DNA of 53,525 bases, from the NCBI GenBank assembly GCA_964535075.1, contig CAZHRQ010000001.1, positions 1 through 53,525 on the forward strand, written 5' to 3'. Position 1 is the stretch's first letter. Each line of letters starts with the position of its first letter. The position numbers were made by a program, and so were the translations under genes. This stretch comes from an uncultured Rhodobacterales bacterium. Its GTDB lineage: Bacteria > Pseudomonadota > Alphaproteobacteria > Rhodospirillales > CAJXLG01. Shown here one piece after another: positions 43,495 to 53,525 of this stretch. The notes below the pieces were generated by a model. It ran no database searches, was not told the origin of the DNA, and saw nothing but the letters and a program-made list of their open reading frames with translations.

Positions 43495-44679
43495 TCAAGC
43501 CTCGGCGTGGGCCGGGGCGGCCGAATTCTCCCGACCGCAGGCCGCCAGCACCGCCCGCGCCGCCGCCTCCGACGGCGGACAGGGGGTATCCGCCAGCATG
43601 CCGCGCAGGGTGGCGAACGCCTCCCGCTGACGGGCCACCGCCTCCCCCCCCCGCAACAGCGGCGCCAGCGCCGGGGCCAGTCGTTCGGGCCGGCATTCCC
43701 CTTGCAGGAACTCGGGCACCGCCATGCGGTCCAGCAGCACGTTGGCCATGGTGGCATAACGGCTGGTGAGCACCCGCCGCACCATCCAGGCGGTCAGCGG
43801 ATTGGCCCGATAGGCGGTGAGGAACGGCACATCGGCCAGGGCCAGCTCCAGGGTGATGGTGCCGGAACAAGCCAGGGCGGCGGTGCAGGCCGGCAGGGCA
43901 TCATACCGCCGGGCCGCCGGCACCACGTGCACCGGCCACGGCAGGTCCGCCAGCCCCTGTGCCACCGTGTCGGCCACCGTCTCCACCGTGGGCGCCACGA
44001 TGCGCAAATCCGACGGGGCGTCGGTCAGCCGTAACAGGGTACGGCGGAACACCGGCAGCAACCGGCGCACCACCATGCGGCGGCTGCCCGGCAACACCCC
44101 CAACAACGGCGCCGAGTCGTTTACCCCCAAATCGGCCCGGAACCCGGCCGGGTCGCCATGGGCGAAACGCTCCACCGCCGGATGACCCACGTACACGGTC
44201 CTCAGGCCATGGGGGGCGAACCAGTCCACCTCGAAAGGAAACAACACCAGCAACTGATCAAAAAGCGCGGCCGTTTCCGCCGCCCGCTCCGGCCGCCAGC
44301 CCCAGACCTGGGGCGCCACGTACTGCACCAGGGGCGCCCGCAGCCCCGCCGCCCGCAGCCGGCGCGCCACCCGGGTGCTGAACCCCTGGGAATCGATGGT
44401 CACCACCACATCGGGTGTCAGGTCCAGCGCCGCCGACACCGTTTCCTGCAATCGGCGTTTCAACTGGCGCACCCGAGGCAGCACCTCCACGAGCCCCATC
44501 ACCGCCAGTTGCCGGGCCGGGAACAGACTGTCCAGACCGGCGGCGGTCATGGCCTCGCCGCCTACCCCGGCGAAGCGCACCCGGCCGCCGGTCAGCCGGC
44601 TGAGGGCGGTCATAAGCTGGGCCCCCAGCATGTCGCCCGAAGGTTCGCCGGAGACCACGTATATAAGGGGATCGTTCAT
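43495..44679 (-). CDS. lpxB: Lipid-A-disaccharide synthase
   Basis: MNDPLIYVVSGEPSGDMLGAQLM.. (LpxB N-terminal signature). ATGA overlap with the lpxI stop. Confidence 0.92.
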   Translation of the reverse strand: MNDPLIYVVSGEPSGDMLGAQLMTALSRLTGGRVRFAGVGGEAMTAAGLDSLFPARQLAVMGLVEVLPRVRQLKRRLQETVSAALDLTPDVVVTIDSQGFSTRVARRLRAAGLRAPLVQYVAPQVWGWRPERAAETAALFDQLLVLFPFEVDWFAPHGLRTVYVGHPAVERFAHGDPAGFRADLGVNDSAPLLGVLPGSRRMVVRRLLPVFRRTLLRLTDAPSDLRIVAPTVETVADTVAQGLADLPWPVHVVPAARRYDALPACTAALACSGTITLELALADVPFLTAYRANPLTAWMVRRVLTSRYATMANVLLDRMAVPEFLQGECRPERLAPALAPLLRGGEAVARQREAFATLRGMLADTPCPPSEAAARAVLAACGRENSAAPAHAEA

Positions 44680-45533
44680 GCCAGGATCGCCTTTCCCGCC
44701 CCGTCCACGGTGAAGCCGCCCACGAACAGGCCGTCGGCATCGGCCCGGGCCACCACCGCCGCCCGATCCACCACCAGGGCGGCGCCCGCCTCCACCGCCA
44801 CCCCGGCACAGCCAGCGGCGGCGGCATTGATCAGGGTGGTTTCGCCAATGGTGGGCAGATCGCTGCGCCGGTCCTGGCCGGGTTTGCACACCTTCACCAG
44901 CACCGGGCCCGGCCCTGTCTCCCGCAGGGCGCCGGCCCGCGCCAGCAGGGCATCGGTGCCTTCCACCGCTTCCACCCCCAGCACCCGGCCGCCCTGGACC
45001 ACCACGGCCTGACCCACATCCACCTGCCCCAGGGCCCGGGCCACGGTCACCCCGTGGGCCAGATCGGCCAGGGCCGTGGCATCGGGTCGGTGTCGGCCAT
45101 ACAGCCCGGCCGGCGCCAGGGCGGTCTCCAACAGGGCCTCCACCGGCACCACCGTAAGGCCTTCCCGTTCCAACTCGGCCATCACCGCCCGCAACAGGGT
45201 GTCGTCGCCCAGGGCGCGCATGCCCAGACGGGCCAGCAGCGCCGCCCCCCGGCGGTCGGGCATGAGGGCGCGCAGGCGCGGCCGGCGCACGTGTCCGGCC
45301 AGCACCACCTCGCGCACGCCATGGTCATGAAGAAAGGCGAGGCCCTGTCCCACCGCCCCCAGCGGCAGCCAGCGCCAGGGGACGGTATCGGGCAACGCGG
45401 TCACCAGCGCCGGGTCCGCGTGATCCTCCAGGGCAAGCACACACAGGGGCCGGCCGGTATCCAGGCACAGATCGCGGATGCGGGCCGGCAAGGCGCCACC
45501 GCCCGCCACCAGGCCCAGAGGCTCAGAAACCAT
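44676..45533 (-). CDS. lpxI: UDP-2,3-diacylglucosamine pyrophosphatase LpxI (DUF1009)
   Basis: ..LGLVAGGGALP.. N-terminus and its position between lpxA and lpxB, as in alphaproteobacteria. Confidence 0.85.
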   Translation of the reverse strand: MVSEPLGLVAGGGALPARIRDLCLDTGRPLCVLALEDHADPALVTALPDTVPWRWLPLGAVGQGLAFLHDHGVREVVLAGHVRRPRLRALMPDRRGAALLARLGMRALGDDTLLRAVMAELEREGLTVVPVEALLETALAPAGLYGRHRPDATALADLAHGVTVARALGQVDVGQAVVVQGGRVLGVEAVEGTDALLARAGALRETGPGPVLVKVCKPGQDRRSDLPTIGETTLINAAAAGCAGVAVEAGAALVVDRAAVVARADADGLFVGGFTVDGAGKAILA

Positions 45534-46323
45534 TCCCCCAGCCGGGCTGACACAGGGGCCGGGCCGAGTCGGCAGCCACGAACCGCACCACTTCCATCAC
45601 CGCCGCATTGTCGGCATAGAGCTGCTGCGCATCCTCCAGCCGCTCCGCCAGGGTCCCTTCCTGCGCGAACAGCAGCCGGTAGGCGGAGCGCAGGGCGTGA
45701 ATGTCGTCCCGGGAGAAGTTGCGGCGCTTGAGGCCCACGAGATTGAGCCCCGACAGCCGGGCCCGGTTGCCCATCACCGAACCGAAGGGGATCACATCGC
45801 CTTCCACCCCGGACATGCCGCCCACCATGGCACAACGGCCGATGCGGCTGCGCTGGTGCACCGCCGCCAGGCCGCCGAGAATGGCGCCGGACCCCACCTG
45901 CACATGACCGCCCAGGGTGGCGTGATTGGCGAACACCACATCGTCGGCCACCTGGCAATCGTGGGCCACGTGGGAGCCCACCATGAACAGGCCCCGGTCG
46001 CCCACCCGCGTAAGCCCGCCGCCCCGCACCGTGCCCCGGTGCATGGTCACCTGCTCGCGGATCACGGCGTCGGCGCCAATTTCCAGCCGGGTGGGCTCAT
46101 CCTTGTAGGTCACGTCCTGCGGCGGGAAGCCCAGACAGGCGAAGGGATAAACCACGGTGCGGGCGCCGAGGGTGGTGGGCCCCTCCACCATCACGTTGGC
46201 CTTGAGCACCACGCCCTCGGCCAGGGTCACCGGCCCCGAGACCTGGCAATAGGGCCCGATGACCACATCCTCGGCCAAGGTGGCGGCGGGATCCACCATG
46301 GCGGTGGCATGGATGGTGGGCAT
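45523..46323 (-). CDS. lpxA: Acyl-ACP--UDP-N-acetylglucosamine O-acyltransferase
   Basis: MPTIHATAMVDP..IGPYC.. hexapeptide-repeat left-handed beta-helix plus C-terminal helical domain. Confidence 0.93.
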   Translation of the reverse strand: MPTIHATAMVDPAATLAEDVVIGPYCQVSGPVTLAEGVVLKANVMVEGPTTLGARTVVYPFACLGFPPQDVTYKDEPTRLEIGADAVIREQVTMHRGTVRGGGLTRVGDRGLFMVGSHVAHDCQVADDVVFANHATLGGHVQVGSGAILGGLAAVHQRSRIGRCAMVGGMSGVEGDVIPFGSVMGNRARLSGLNLVGLKRRNFSRDDIHALRSAYRLLFAQEGTLAERLEDAQQLYADNAAVMEVVRFVAADSARPLCQPGWGNGF

Positions 46324-46326
46324 GGC

Positions 46327-46794
46327 TCAGGCGTCCATGATGCAGGCGGCAAAGGTGGCCTCGGCCATCAATTCGCCCTCGGCCCGGGCCTCGCCGCGGA
46401 ATTTCCACACCGCGCCGCGGTTGCGTTCCTTGGTCACGTGGATCCGCAGGGAATGGCCCGGCGTGACCGGCTTGCGGAAACGGGCGTTATCCACCGACAT
46501 GAAGTAAACCAGCTTGCCTTCCGCCGCCTCGCCCAGGGTTTCCACCACCAGCACCGCCGCCGTCTGGGCCATGCTCTCGATCAGCAGCACTCCCGGCATC
46601 ACCGGGTGATCGGGAAAGTGGCCCTGAAAGAAGGGCTCGTTGATGGAAACGTTCTTGATCCCCACGGCGCTGACATCGGGCACCACGTCCAGCACCCGAT
46701 CCACCATCAGGAAGGGATAGCGATGGGGAATCATGCGCAGAATACGCGTGATGTCGATAGCCTCCCGCCCCTGACCGGCCGCCGTGTTCTCCAT
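46327..46794 (-). CDS. fabZ: 3-hydroxyacyl-ACP dehydratase FabZ
   Basis: ..ILRMIPHRYPFLMVDRV..FFQGHFPDHPVMPGVL... ATG 46794 preferred over TTG 46812. Confidence 0.93.
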   Translation of the reverse strand: MENTAAGQGREAIDITRILRMIPHRYPFLMVDRVLDVVPDVSAVGIKNVSINEPFFQGHFPDHPVMPGVLLIESMAQTAAVLVVETLGEAAEGKLVYFMSVDNARFRKPVTPGHSLRIHVTKERNRGAVWKFRGEARAEGELMAEATFAACIMDA

Positions 46795-46838
46795 GGTCGA
46801 TTCCCGTTGCAATCAAAAAATTCTTCGCTTTCCGGGCG

Positions 46839-47885
46839 TTACGTCCCCGGGGAACGGTCCCGGCCTTTGGCCAGCCGGGCCAGCACCGCCACCTGGCGAC
46901 GGAACAACCGCATGGGCACGGCGGGAAACCCGCCCACCTCCGCCCCGGCCTCGATGTCGCGGGTGACGCCGGCGCGCGCGGCGATTCGTGCCCCTGCGCC
47001 CACGGTCAGGTGCCCGGCGAATCCGGCCTGACCCCCCACGGCCACCAGATCTCCCACCTGCACGCTGCCCGAAAAGCCCACCTGCGAAACCAGTACGCAG
47101 CCCCGACCCAGGGTCACGTTGTGCCCGATTTGAACCAGATTATCAATCTTGCACCCGTCGCCAATGACCGTATCTCCCAGGGATCCTCGATCAATGGCGG
47201 TGTTTGCCCCGATTTCAACGCCGTTTCCGACCACCACCCGGCCCAGTTGCGGAATCTTGGCGTGGCCTTCGGCGCTCATGGCAAAGCCGAAGCCATCCTG
47301 CCCCAAGCGCACGCCCGGATGGAGGATGACATCGTCGCCCAGGATGGTGGCCGCCAGGGTGACGTGGGGGGCGATACGGGCGCGGGCGCCGATCACCACA
47401 CCGCGCCCCACCACCGTATGAGCGCCGATCCAGCACCCGGGACCGATGTCCGCGCCGGCCTCCACCACCACCCCGGGGTCCAGACGACAGCCCGCGCCCA
47501 GCCGGGCCTCGGGCGCCACCGTCGCGGAAGGGTGCACCTCCGCCGGCAGGGCGTCGTTGCCCGGAACAAGCGCCGGATAGAAAGCGGCGGCCACCTGGGC
47601 ATAGGCGCGGGTGGGGTCCGCCACCAGCAAACGTCCGGCCGTGGCCGGCGCCGCCCCGGCATCGTCGGGACGCAGCAGGATCAGACCCGCGCCACAAGTG
47701 GACAGCCGGTCCCGCCACGCGCCGCCTTCCAGGAAGGTCACCGTCTCGGCCGTGGCCTCGGACAGGGGCGCCACGTCGTGGAACACGGCGTCGTCCGCCA
47801 CACTGTCCAGGGTACCACCGGTGAGGGTGGCCAGAGCCCCGGCGGTATGGGGCCCGACGCGGTGGTGGAACCGGGGATCGGGCAT
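46839..47885 (-). CDS. lpxD: UDP-3-O-acylglucosamine N-acyltransferase
   Basis: MPDPRFHH.. N-terminus and a hexapeptide-repeat body. TGATG overlap with the skp stop. Confidence 0.93.
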   Translation of the reverse strand: MPDPRFHHRVGPHTAGALATLTGGTLDSVADDAVFHDVAPLSEATAETVTFLEGGAWRDRLSTCGAGLILLRPDDAGAAPATAGRLLVADPTRAYAQVAAAFYPALVPGNDALPAEVHPSATVAPEARLGAGCRLDPGVVVEAGADIGPGCWIGAHTVVGRGVVIGARARIAPHVTLAATILGDDVILHPGVRLGQDGFGFAMSAEGHAKIPQLGRVVVGNGVEIGANTAIDRGSLGDTVIGDGCKIDNLVQIGHNVTLGRGCVLVSQVGFSGSVQVGDLVAVGGQAGFAGHLTVGAGARIAARAGVTRDIEAGAEVGGFPAVPMRLFRRQVAVLARLAKGRDRSPGT

Positions 47886-48628
47886 CAGTTTGCCTTGTCC
47901 TTGGCCTGGGCCTGGGCTTCCTCCATGCGCTTGCGGGCCCGTTCCAGGGCCTCCTTCTGCGCCTTGCGCACGGCATCCAGATCCACCTCGGGGAATGCCA
48001 CTTCGGGCAGGCGGGTGTTCAGTTCCTTGCTTACCACCCGGGTGAGGTCCACACCGGGGTCGAACAGCAGAATTTGCGACTTGGGCAGCACCAGGTTGGC
48101 GCCCACCTCCTCGGTGAGCGTGCCGCTCACCTGCACCAGTTCCCGCTGCACCTTGGCCATGCCCTGGCCGAAAGCGCTCTCCAGGGCCTGGCGGCGGATT
48201 TGCACTTCCTGCTGGAACTCCGCCACCTTTTTCTGGAACGCTTCCTGCCGCTTCGCGAATGCCTCGGGGGCGAGGATGGTGCGTTGACGCTGAAGTTCCT
48301 GTTCGGCCTTTTGCAGGTCCTTTTCCTGACCCGCGATTTCCTTTTGATAGCCCTGGAACTTCTTGGCCCGTTCCTGCCGCAGACCGGCGGCGGCGGTGGA
48401 GGCGGCCAGCACCTCCTGGATGTCGATCACCACCACCTTGGCGGCGGGCAGGGACTCGGGCAGCGTATCCGGCGCCTCACGGTCGCTGCCAATGGGCCGC
48501 GCCGACGGGGCGGCAGCCCCCTCGGGTGTTTCGTCATCGGCCGCCCAGGCTGGCGTGGCGGTCAACAGCCCCGTCAGGGCCAGCGCCAAGACCGCCGACA
48601 GGCGCCCTGCCCGTTGAGAAAGTGCCAT
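47885..48628 (-). CDS. OmpH/Skp-family periplasmic chaperone (long form)
   Basis: Signal peptide [29 protein letters not shown]. Coiled-coil Q/E/K-rich body. Position between bamA and lpxD. It carries N- and C-terminal charged extensions. Confidence 0.85.
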   Translation of the reverse strand: MALSQRAGRLSAVLALALTGLLTATPAWAADDETPEGAAAPSARPIGSDREAPDTLPESLPAAKVVVIDIQEVLAASTAAAGLRQERAKKFQGYQKEIAGQEKDLQKAEQELQRQRTILAPEAFAKRQEAFQKKVAEFQQEVQIRRQALESAFGQGMAKVQRELVQVSGTLTEEVGANLVLPKSQILLFDPGVDLTRVVSKELNTRLPEVAFPEVDLDAVRKAQKEALERARKRMEEAQAQAKDKAN

Positions 48629-48693
48629 GAGAACGCCTTTCGTTCTGGGGTTATCGCGACGTCGTGGAACCATGCAGACCACACGGCCGCGGT

Positions 48694-50997
48694 TTAGAAG
48701 GAGGTTCCGAATTGAATGTTCAGGGTTTCAAGCTGGTCGTAGTCTTCCTTCAGAATAGGCAGGGCAAAACCAATGGTGAACGGTCCCATGGGGGATCGCC
48801 ACACCAGGCCCGCGCCCGCCGACCAACGCACGGACCGGCTTTCCAGGATGGCGTTGGACGGCACGCCGTCCACGCCGCCGCTGGAGCCAAAATCGGTATA
48901 GAGACGCCCGGAAAGACCCAGTTCATCGGGCACGGGCAGGGGCGTGCGCACTTCCGCCGTCCCTGAATACTGCCAGTTGGCGCCCAGGGCGTCATCGGTC
49001 GCCGCGTCACGGGGCGAAACGCCCGCCGCCTGGAAACCACGCAGGGTGGGGCCCCCGAGATAGAAGCGGTCGGCCAGACGCGTGTCCTCGCCCAACCCCG
49101 TGATGTACCCCACCTGGCCGCCCAGGGCCAGAACCCACCCGGGCTTCAGGGGATAGTACTCGCGCAGGAAGATCTGGTTCCGGACATAGTGGACCGTGCC
49201 GCCAAGACCCGCGATGTCTATGGACCAGATGCCGAGAAGGCCGTCGGTGGGTTCCAGCTTGCTGTCGCGGGTATCGTAAATCAGGCTGTGGCCCACGGCG
49301 GAAACCGTATTGGTCCCCTCCGCGTCTTTCACATAAATGGAGGCATCGGCGGGGACGTTGCTGACTGTTTCCCGGGCAAGCGTATAGCGCCAGCTCTCGC
49401 TCCAGTGTCGAGAGAGGTCATAGCCCAGGCGCAGCGTGAAGCCATACCGTTCCTCGTCGTAGGAGGCTTCATCCTGGAAGTCTGTCTTGGTCAGGAACAC
49501 GTCCGTCCCGGCGGCCATATGGCGGCCCAGGAAATAGGGCTCGGTGAAGGAAAAGTTGATGCTGTTGGCCCGTTCCGACAGCCCCAGGGACAGGCCCGCG
49601 ACCTGGCCTCGGCCCATGAAATTGCGCTCCTGCAGCCCCACTTGGAACGCCGCCCCATCAACCGTGGACCAGCCCAACCCCAGGGTGAGTTCCCCGGTAG
49701 AGGCTTCTTCCACCTCCACATCCAGAAGGCCCCGGTCGGGGGCCGTGGGCGAAGGCCGGAAGTCCACCGTCACATCCTGGAAAAAGCCCAGATCCTTGAT
49801 ATTGCGTTCCGACTGCTCCAGCCGCGCCCGGTTGAAGGCATCCCCTTCCACCAGTTCCATTTCGCGCCGGATCACCCGATCCAGGGTGCGCACATTGCCG
49901 TTGATGTTGATGCGGTCCACATAGACACGCGGCCCTTCCACCACCCGATAGATGATGTCGATGGTCTTGGTGGCGCGATTGCGCACCACTTCCGGCCGCA
50001 CTTCGGCAAAGGCATATCCCTGGTTCGCCGCCGCGTCGGTGAGGAATTCCACGGTGTTTTCCACCGCCTTGGCATCGTACCAAGCCCCCGGCCGGGTGGT
50101 CACCAGCCCCAGAAGCGTATTGGCGTTGACTTCGGGCAGGGCGCTTTGCACGTCCACATTGCCGAACTGATAGCGATCCCCTTCCTCCACGGTGAAAGTG
50201 ACATAAAAATCCTCCCGATTCCGCGACAGCTCCGCCGTGGACGACAGCACCCGGAAATCGGCATAGCCCTGGCCCAGATAATAGCGGCGCAACAGCTCCC
50301 GGTCATATTCCAGGCGATCGGGATCATAGCTGTCGGTGCTGGTAAGAAAGCGGTACCAGGCCGCCTCCTTGGTGGCCACCACCCCGCGCAGGGCATGGTC
50401 GGAAAACTGCTTGTTGCCCACGAAGTCCACGCGCTGGATATCGGTCTTGGGCCCCTCGTCCACCTCGTAGACCAGATCCACGCGGTTTTCCGGCAACTCG
50501 ATCAGCTTGGGCGTCACCCGAGCCGAATAACGGCCGCTGCGGCGGTAGATGCGTTCCAGGCGCTGGGCATCGGCCTGCACCCGGGAACGGGAGAAAATGT
50601 TGCGCGGCCGCAGCTCGATCTCCTCCGCCATGGTGTCGTCATCCACCCGGCGGTTGCCTTCGAAGGCGATGCGGTTGACCATGGGGTTTTCCCGCACTTC
50701 CACCACCAGGGTGTTGCCGTCCCGAGCCATCATGACGTCGGAGAACAGGCCGGTGGCGAACAACCGCTTGATGGACTCGTCCACCCGCTGCTGGCTGAAG
50801 GCTTGGCCGGGGCGCTGGGTGATGTAGGCCAGCACGGTGGGGGTTTCCACCCGCTGGTTGCCCCGGACGGTGATGCTGGTGATGGTGCCCCCGCGCATGG
50901 CGGTGCCGGTGCCATTGAGTGGCCCCAGGTCGCCCACGGTCTGGGCCACCGCCGGCAGGCCCGCCACCCCGGCGAGCCCCAGCACCCCCGCCGCCAT
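48694..50997 (-). CDS. bamA: Outer-membrane protein assembly factor BamA
   Basis: Five POTRA-like repeats, then an Omp85 barrel ending ..LNIQFGTSF. Start uncertain: ATG 50997 is given. The ORF is open up to GTG 51171 but would then overlap rseP. Confidence 0.9.
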   Translation of the reverse strand: MAAGVLGLAGVAGLPAVAQTVGDLGPLNGTGTAMRGGTITSITVRGNQRVETPTVLAYITQRPGQAFSQQRVDESIKRLFATGLFSDVMMARDGNTLVVEVRENPMVNRIAFEGNRRVDDDTMAEEIELRPRNIFSRSRVQADAQRLERIYRRSGRYSARVTPKLIELPENRVDLVYEVDEGPKTDIQRVDFVGNKQFSDHALRGVVATKEAAWYRFLTSTDSYDPDRLEYDRELLRRYYLGQGYADFRVLSSTAELSRNREDFYVTFTVEEGDRYQFGNVDVQSALPEVNANTLLGLVTTRPGAWYDAKAVENTVEFLTDAAANQGYAFAEVRPEVVRNRATKTIDIIYRVVEGPRVYVDRININGNVRTLDRVIRREMELVEGDAFNRARLEQSERNIKDLGFFQDVTVDFRPSPTAPDRGLLDVEVEEASTGELTLGLGWSTVDGAAFQVGLQERNFMGRGQVAGLSLGLSERANSINFSFTEPYFLGRHMAAGTDVFLTKTDFQDEASYDEERYGFTLRLGYDLSRHWSESWRYTLARETVSNVPADASIYVKDAEGTNTVSAVGHSLIYDTRDSKLEPTDGLLGIWSIDIAGLGGTVHYVRNQIFLREYYPLKPGWVLALGGQVGYITGLGEDTRLADRFYLGGPTLRGFQAAGVSPRDAATDDALGANWQYSGTAEVRTPLPVPDELGLSGRLYTDFGSSGGVDGVPSNAILESRSVRWSAGAGLVWRSPMGPFTIGFALPILKEDYDQLETLNIQFGTSF

Positions 50998-51092
50998 CGC
51001 CCTGGTCAGGTTCCCCTTGCGCCGCACCGTCTTCCTCCTTGCCACCAAACGCGGACGCCGGATCGCCGAGCGTCCGCGTCGCTTGAACAGTT

Positions 51093-52217
51093 TCAGGATC
51101 CCAAACCGCTGAGGAAGGACCAGACCTTCCAATGGGCGAGATCGTTCCAGGTCACGAACAGCATCAGGCACAAGACCAGTGCCAGCCCCACCCGCAGACC
51201 CATTTCCTGGGCCCGTTCGGTGAGCGGCCGGCCCCGCACCCCCTCAATGGCATAGAACAACAGGTGCCCGCCATCAAGCAGCGGAACCGGGAACAGATTG
51301 ATCAGGCCCAGATTGATGGAGAGAATGGCGATAAAGTTGACCGCGGCCAACAGCCCCAGTTGCGCCGCCCGGCCACTAAACTCGGCGATGCGCAGGGGGC
51401 CGCCCAGTTGGTCGGCGCTGCGCTGGCCGGAAACGATCTGGCCCACGGCCTCGAAGGTGCCGGTGATCACCCGCCAGGTATGAGTCACCGCCTCGCCGGT
51501 GGCGCCTATGGGCCCGAAGTGCCGAACCTCGAACGCCTCGGGGCTGGCTTGGATGCCCACCCGGGGCACCTCATGCTTTCCGCCGGTGGGATCGGTCACC
51601 GTGACCATGCGCGGCGTCACCACCCGCGTTTCCGGGACCCCGCCCCGTTCCAGGGTGAGGGTCAAAGGCGCCACCCCGCGCAACTGCACCAGATGGGCCA
51701 GATCCTCGAACCGGTCCACGGGCGTGCCGTTGACGGCGGTGATGCGGTCGCCTTCCTGCAGGCCGGCCTCGGCGGCGGCGCTGTCGGCCATCACCTGCCC
51801 CACCACCGGTGCCGTCACCGGCTGGCCCATGGTGACGAACATCAGCGCGAACACCACCACGGCAAAAATCAGGTTGGCCAACGGCCCCGCGGCAACAATG
51901 GCCGCCCGCTGCCCCAGGCGCTTGTGGGGGAAGGAAACGGCCCGATCCGCCTCGGTCATCTCCGGCGGTTCCTCACCGTCGTTCACCGGCTGCATTTCCC
52001 CGAACATTTTGACGTAGCCGCCCACGGGAATAGCATTCAGCCGCCAGCGGGTGCCGACGCGATCGGTCCAGCCCACCAGCTCGCGGCCAAAGCCCACGCC
52101 GAAGGCTTCCACCCGCACGCCATTGTAGCGGGCCACCAGATAGTGGCCCATCTCGTGGACCACCACCACCACGGTGAAGATGGCCAGGAACGGCAAGACA
52201 TACTCGATCAGGATCAT
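51093..52217 (-). CDS. rseP: RIP (site-2) zinc metalloprotease RseP
   Basis: MILIEYVLPFLAIFTVVVVVHEMGHYLVARY (HExxH in TM1), PDZ region and C-terminal ..NLFPVPLLDGGH... AAGGAG before ATG 52217. Confidence 0.93.
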   Translation of the reverse strand: MILIEYVLPFLAIFTVVVVVHEMGHYLVARYNGVRVEAFGVGFGRELVGWTDRVGTRWRLNAIPVGGYVKMFGEMQPVNDGEEPPEMTEADRAVSFPHKRLGQRAAIVAAGPLANLIFAVVVFALMFVTMGQPVTAPVVGQVMADSAAAEAGLQEGDRITAVNGTPVDRFEDLAHLVQLRGVAPLTLTLERGGVPETRVVTPRMVTVTDPTGGKHEVPRVGIQASPEAFEVRHFGPIGATGEAVTHTWRVITGTFEAVGQIVSGQRSADQLGGPLRIAEFSGRAAQLGLLAAVNFIAILSINLGLINLFPVPLLDGGHLLFYAIEGVRGRPLTERAQEMGLRVGLALVLCLMLFVTWNDLAHWKVWSFLSGLGS

Positions 52218-52266
52218 TCCGTGCTCCTTGTCCCCCGGGGCGGGCGAACGGGCCATGCCCCCCGGA

Positions 52267-53490
52267 TCAGGGGGTTGCGGCGCAGGCCCGGGCAGCGTGG
52301 CGGCGGGCCTCGGCGTCGCGGGCCAGCACGGCTTCCAGCGAGGCCATGGCCGCGCCCTCCATGCGGTCCAACACCGTTTCCACCACCGCCGCAATATGGG
52401 AAAAGGCGATCCGCCCCTCCAGGAAGGCCGCCACCGCCACCTCATTGGCAGCGTTCAGGATTGTAGGGGCGCCCCCGCCGGCCCGCAAGGCTTCGCGTGC
52501 CAGCCGCAGCGCCGGAAAACGCTCCGGATCCGGCGCTTCAAAGGTCAGGGTGCCCTGAGTAACCAGATCCAGGGACGGCACCGGGGCGGTCATGCGCCCG
52601 GGCCAGGCCAAGGCATAAGCGATGGGGGTGCGCATGTCCGGCGTGCCAAGCTGCGCCAGCACCGAGCCATCCACATACCGCACCAGAGAGTGAATCACCG
52701 ACTGGGGATGCACCAGGATCTCAATACGGTCCTCACCCAGGGCAAACAGGTGATGGGCCTCGATCAACTCAAGGCCCTTGTTCATCATGGTGGCGCTGTC
52801 CACGGAAATTTTCGCCCCCATGGACCAGTTGGGATGGGCCACCGCCTCTGCCGGGGTCACGCTGGCCATTTCGTTCCGCGACCAGGTGCGGAACGGCCCG
52901 CCCGAGGCCGTGAGCACTATGCCGGCCACCGTTTCCGGGCGCGCGGCCTCGAACACCTGAAAGATGGCCGAATGCTCGCTGTCCACCGGCACCAGGGTGG
53001 CCCCGTGGGCCGTCACCGCTTCGGTCACCAGATCGCCGGCACAAACCAGACATTCCTTGTTGGCCAGCCCCACCACGGCGCCGCGGGTAATGGCGGCCAT
53101 GGTGGGCGCGAGACCAGCGGCGCCCACGATGGCGGCCACCACCCGCTCCGCCGGCCGGGCGGCCGCTGCCACCACCGCCGCCTCACCGGCGGCCACCTCG
53201 GTGTCGGTACCGGCCAGGGCCTCCTTGAGGGCGGTGTAGCGGCTTTCGTCCCCCACCACCGCCAGCCGGGCCCGCAGGTGCCGGGCCTGGGCCGCCAGCA
53301 GGTCAACGTTGCGATGCGCGGTCAGGGCTTCCACCGGGAAGTGGTCGGGATACCGCGCCACCAGGTCCACGGTGTTGCCGCCGATGGACCCGGTGCTGCC
53401 CAGGATGGTCACCCGGGCCGGCGTCTCGGGCAACACGGCACCGGACAGAAGGGGATCGTCTTGGGCCGGAAAGGCGGCGTCTGCGGTCAT
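52267..53490 (-). CDS. dxr: 1-deoxy-D-xylulose 5-phosphate reductoisomerase
   Basis: ..[18 protein letters not shown].., ..NKECLVCAG.., ..DSEHSAIFQ... Start at ATG 53490. Confidence 0.93.
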   Translation of the reverse strand: MTADAAFPAQDDPLLSGAVLPETPARVTILGSTGSIGGNTVDLVARYPDHFPVEALTAHRNVDLLAAQARHLRARLAVVGDESRYTALKEALAGTDTEVAAGEAAVVAAAARPAERVVAAIVGAAGLAPTMAAITRGAVVGLANKECLVCAGDLVTEAVTAHGATLVPVDSEHSAIFQVFEAARPETVAGIVLTASGGPFRTWSRNEMASVTPAEAVAHPNWSMGAKISVDSATMMNKGLELIEAHHLFALGEDRIEILVHPQSVIHSLVRYVDGSVLAQLGTPDMRTPIAYALAWPGRMTAPVPSLDLVTQGTLTFEAPDPERFPALRLAREALRAGGGAPTILNAANEVAVAAFLEGRIAFSHIAAVVETVLDRMEGAAMASLEAVLARDAEARRHAARACAATP

Positions 53491-53525
53491 GGCCGGGTCC
53501 GTAAGCAAGCTGAGGGGGGAGATGC

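Noticed and set aside
43428-43757. N-terminal extensions of track ORFs (dapC to 43757, lpxB to 44889, rseP to 52445, lolA to 39996, skp to 48682, ald from 3028)
   Set aside because: The extensions are Arg/Pro/Trp/Cys-rich, overlap the upstream gene, and are followed by an internal ATG with an SD and the family-typical N-terminus. The shorter starts were adopted.
1-53525. A genomic island, prophage or defence locus somewhere in the window
   Set aside because: I found no integrase, transposase, recombinase, tRNA attachment site, phage structural gene, restriction-modification gene, toxin-antitoxin pair or other recognisable defence gene. Codon usage looks uniformly GC3-rich, and gene content is largely conserved core functions.

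Overview
GC-rich chromosomal segment (roughly two-thirds G+C by eye, not computed). Gene content and order fit an alphaproteobacterium, probably Rhodospirillales-like: lpxI instead of lpxH, an alpha-type CheZ, and a dxr-rseP-bamA-skp-lpxD-fabZ-lpxA-lpxI-lpxB block. I support about 46 protein genes. (1) Housekeeping and metabolism, 1-7.2 kb: accA, a Nudix protein, cytochrome c', ald, ppk, a SixA-like phosphatase. (2) Sensory genes, 7.2-13 kb: a secreted Cache-only protein with a small HMA-like partner, and two chemoreceptors. (3) An LprI-like protein, a ferritin-like di-iron protein and hrpB, 13-16.7 kb. (4) A tight same-strand cluster of two TPR/GT41-type glycosyltransferases bracketed by two small unknown ORFs, 16.8-22.2 kb. 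(5) A kinase-fold pair, cheZ, rpsD, a DUF2189-like membrane protein and an orphan dCache histidine kinase, 22.3-28.8 kb. (6) tamB with no adjacent tamA, 28.8-33 kb. (7) tetR / padR-MFP-RND efflux locus, 33.5-39.2 kb. (8) lolA-ftsK-dapC and the envelope-biogenesis block, 39.3-53.5 kb. I found no rRNA, tRNA, CRISPR array, transposase, integrase or phage genes, so this looks like core chromosome rather than an island. I cannot point to a clear undescribed multi-gene system. The main signal the genes do not explain is a modular family of nested palindromic repeats at 9 intergenic loci. These show compensatory stem changes, donate stop codons to flanking genes, truncate an aldehyde dehydrogenase, and flank a small ORF as inverted copies. 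Other items worth a second look are the TPR-GT41 four-gene cluster, an AT-rich hairpin array that exactly fills a convergent intergenic gap, a perfect 20-bp inverted repeat at the padR/tetR promoter region, and the 537-bp apparently non-coding gap where tamA would be expected. Many very long ORFs in the track are antisense shadows of real genes and are rejected. All family assignments come from reading motifs by eye; no database search was possible.
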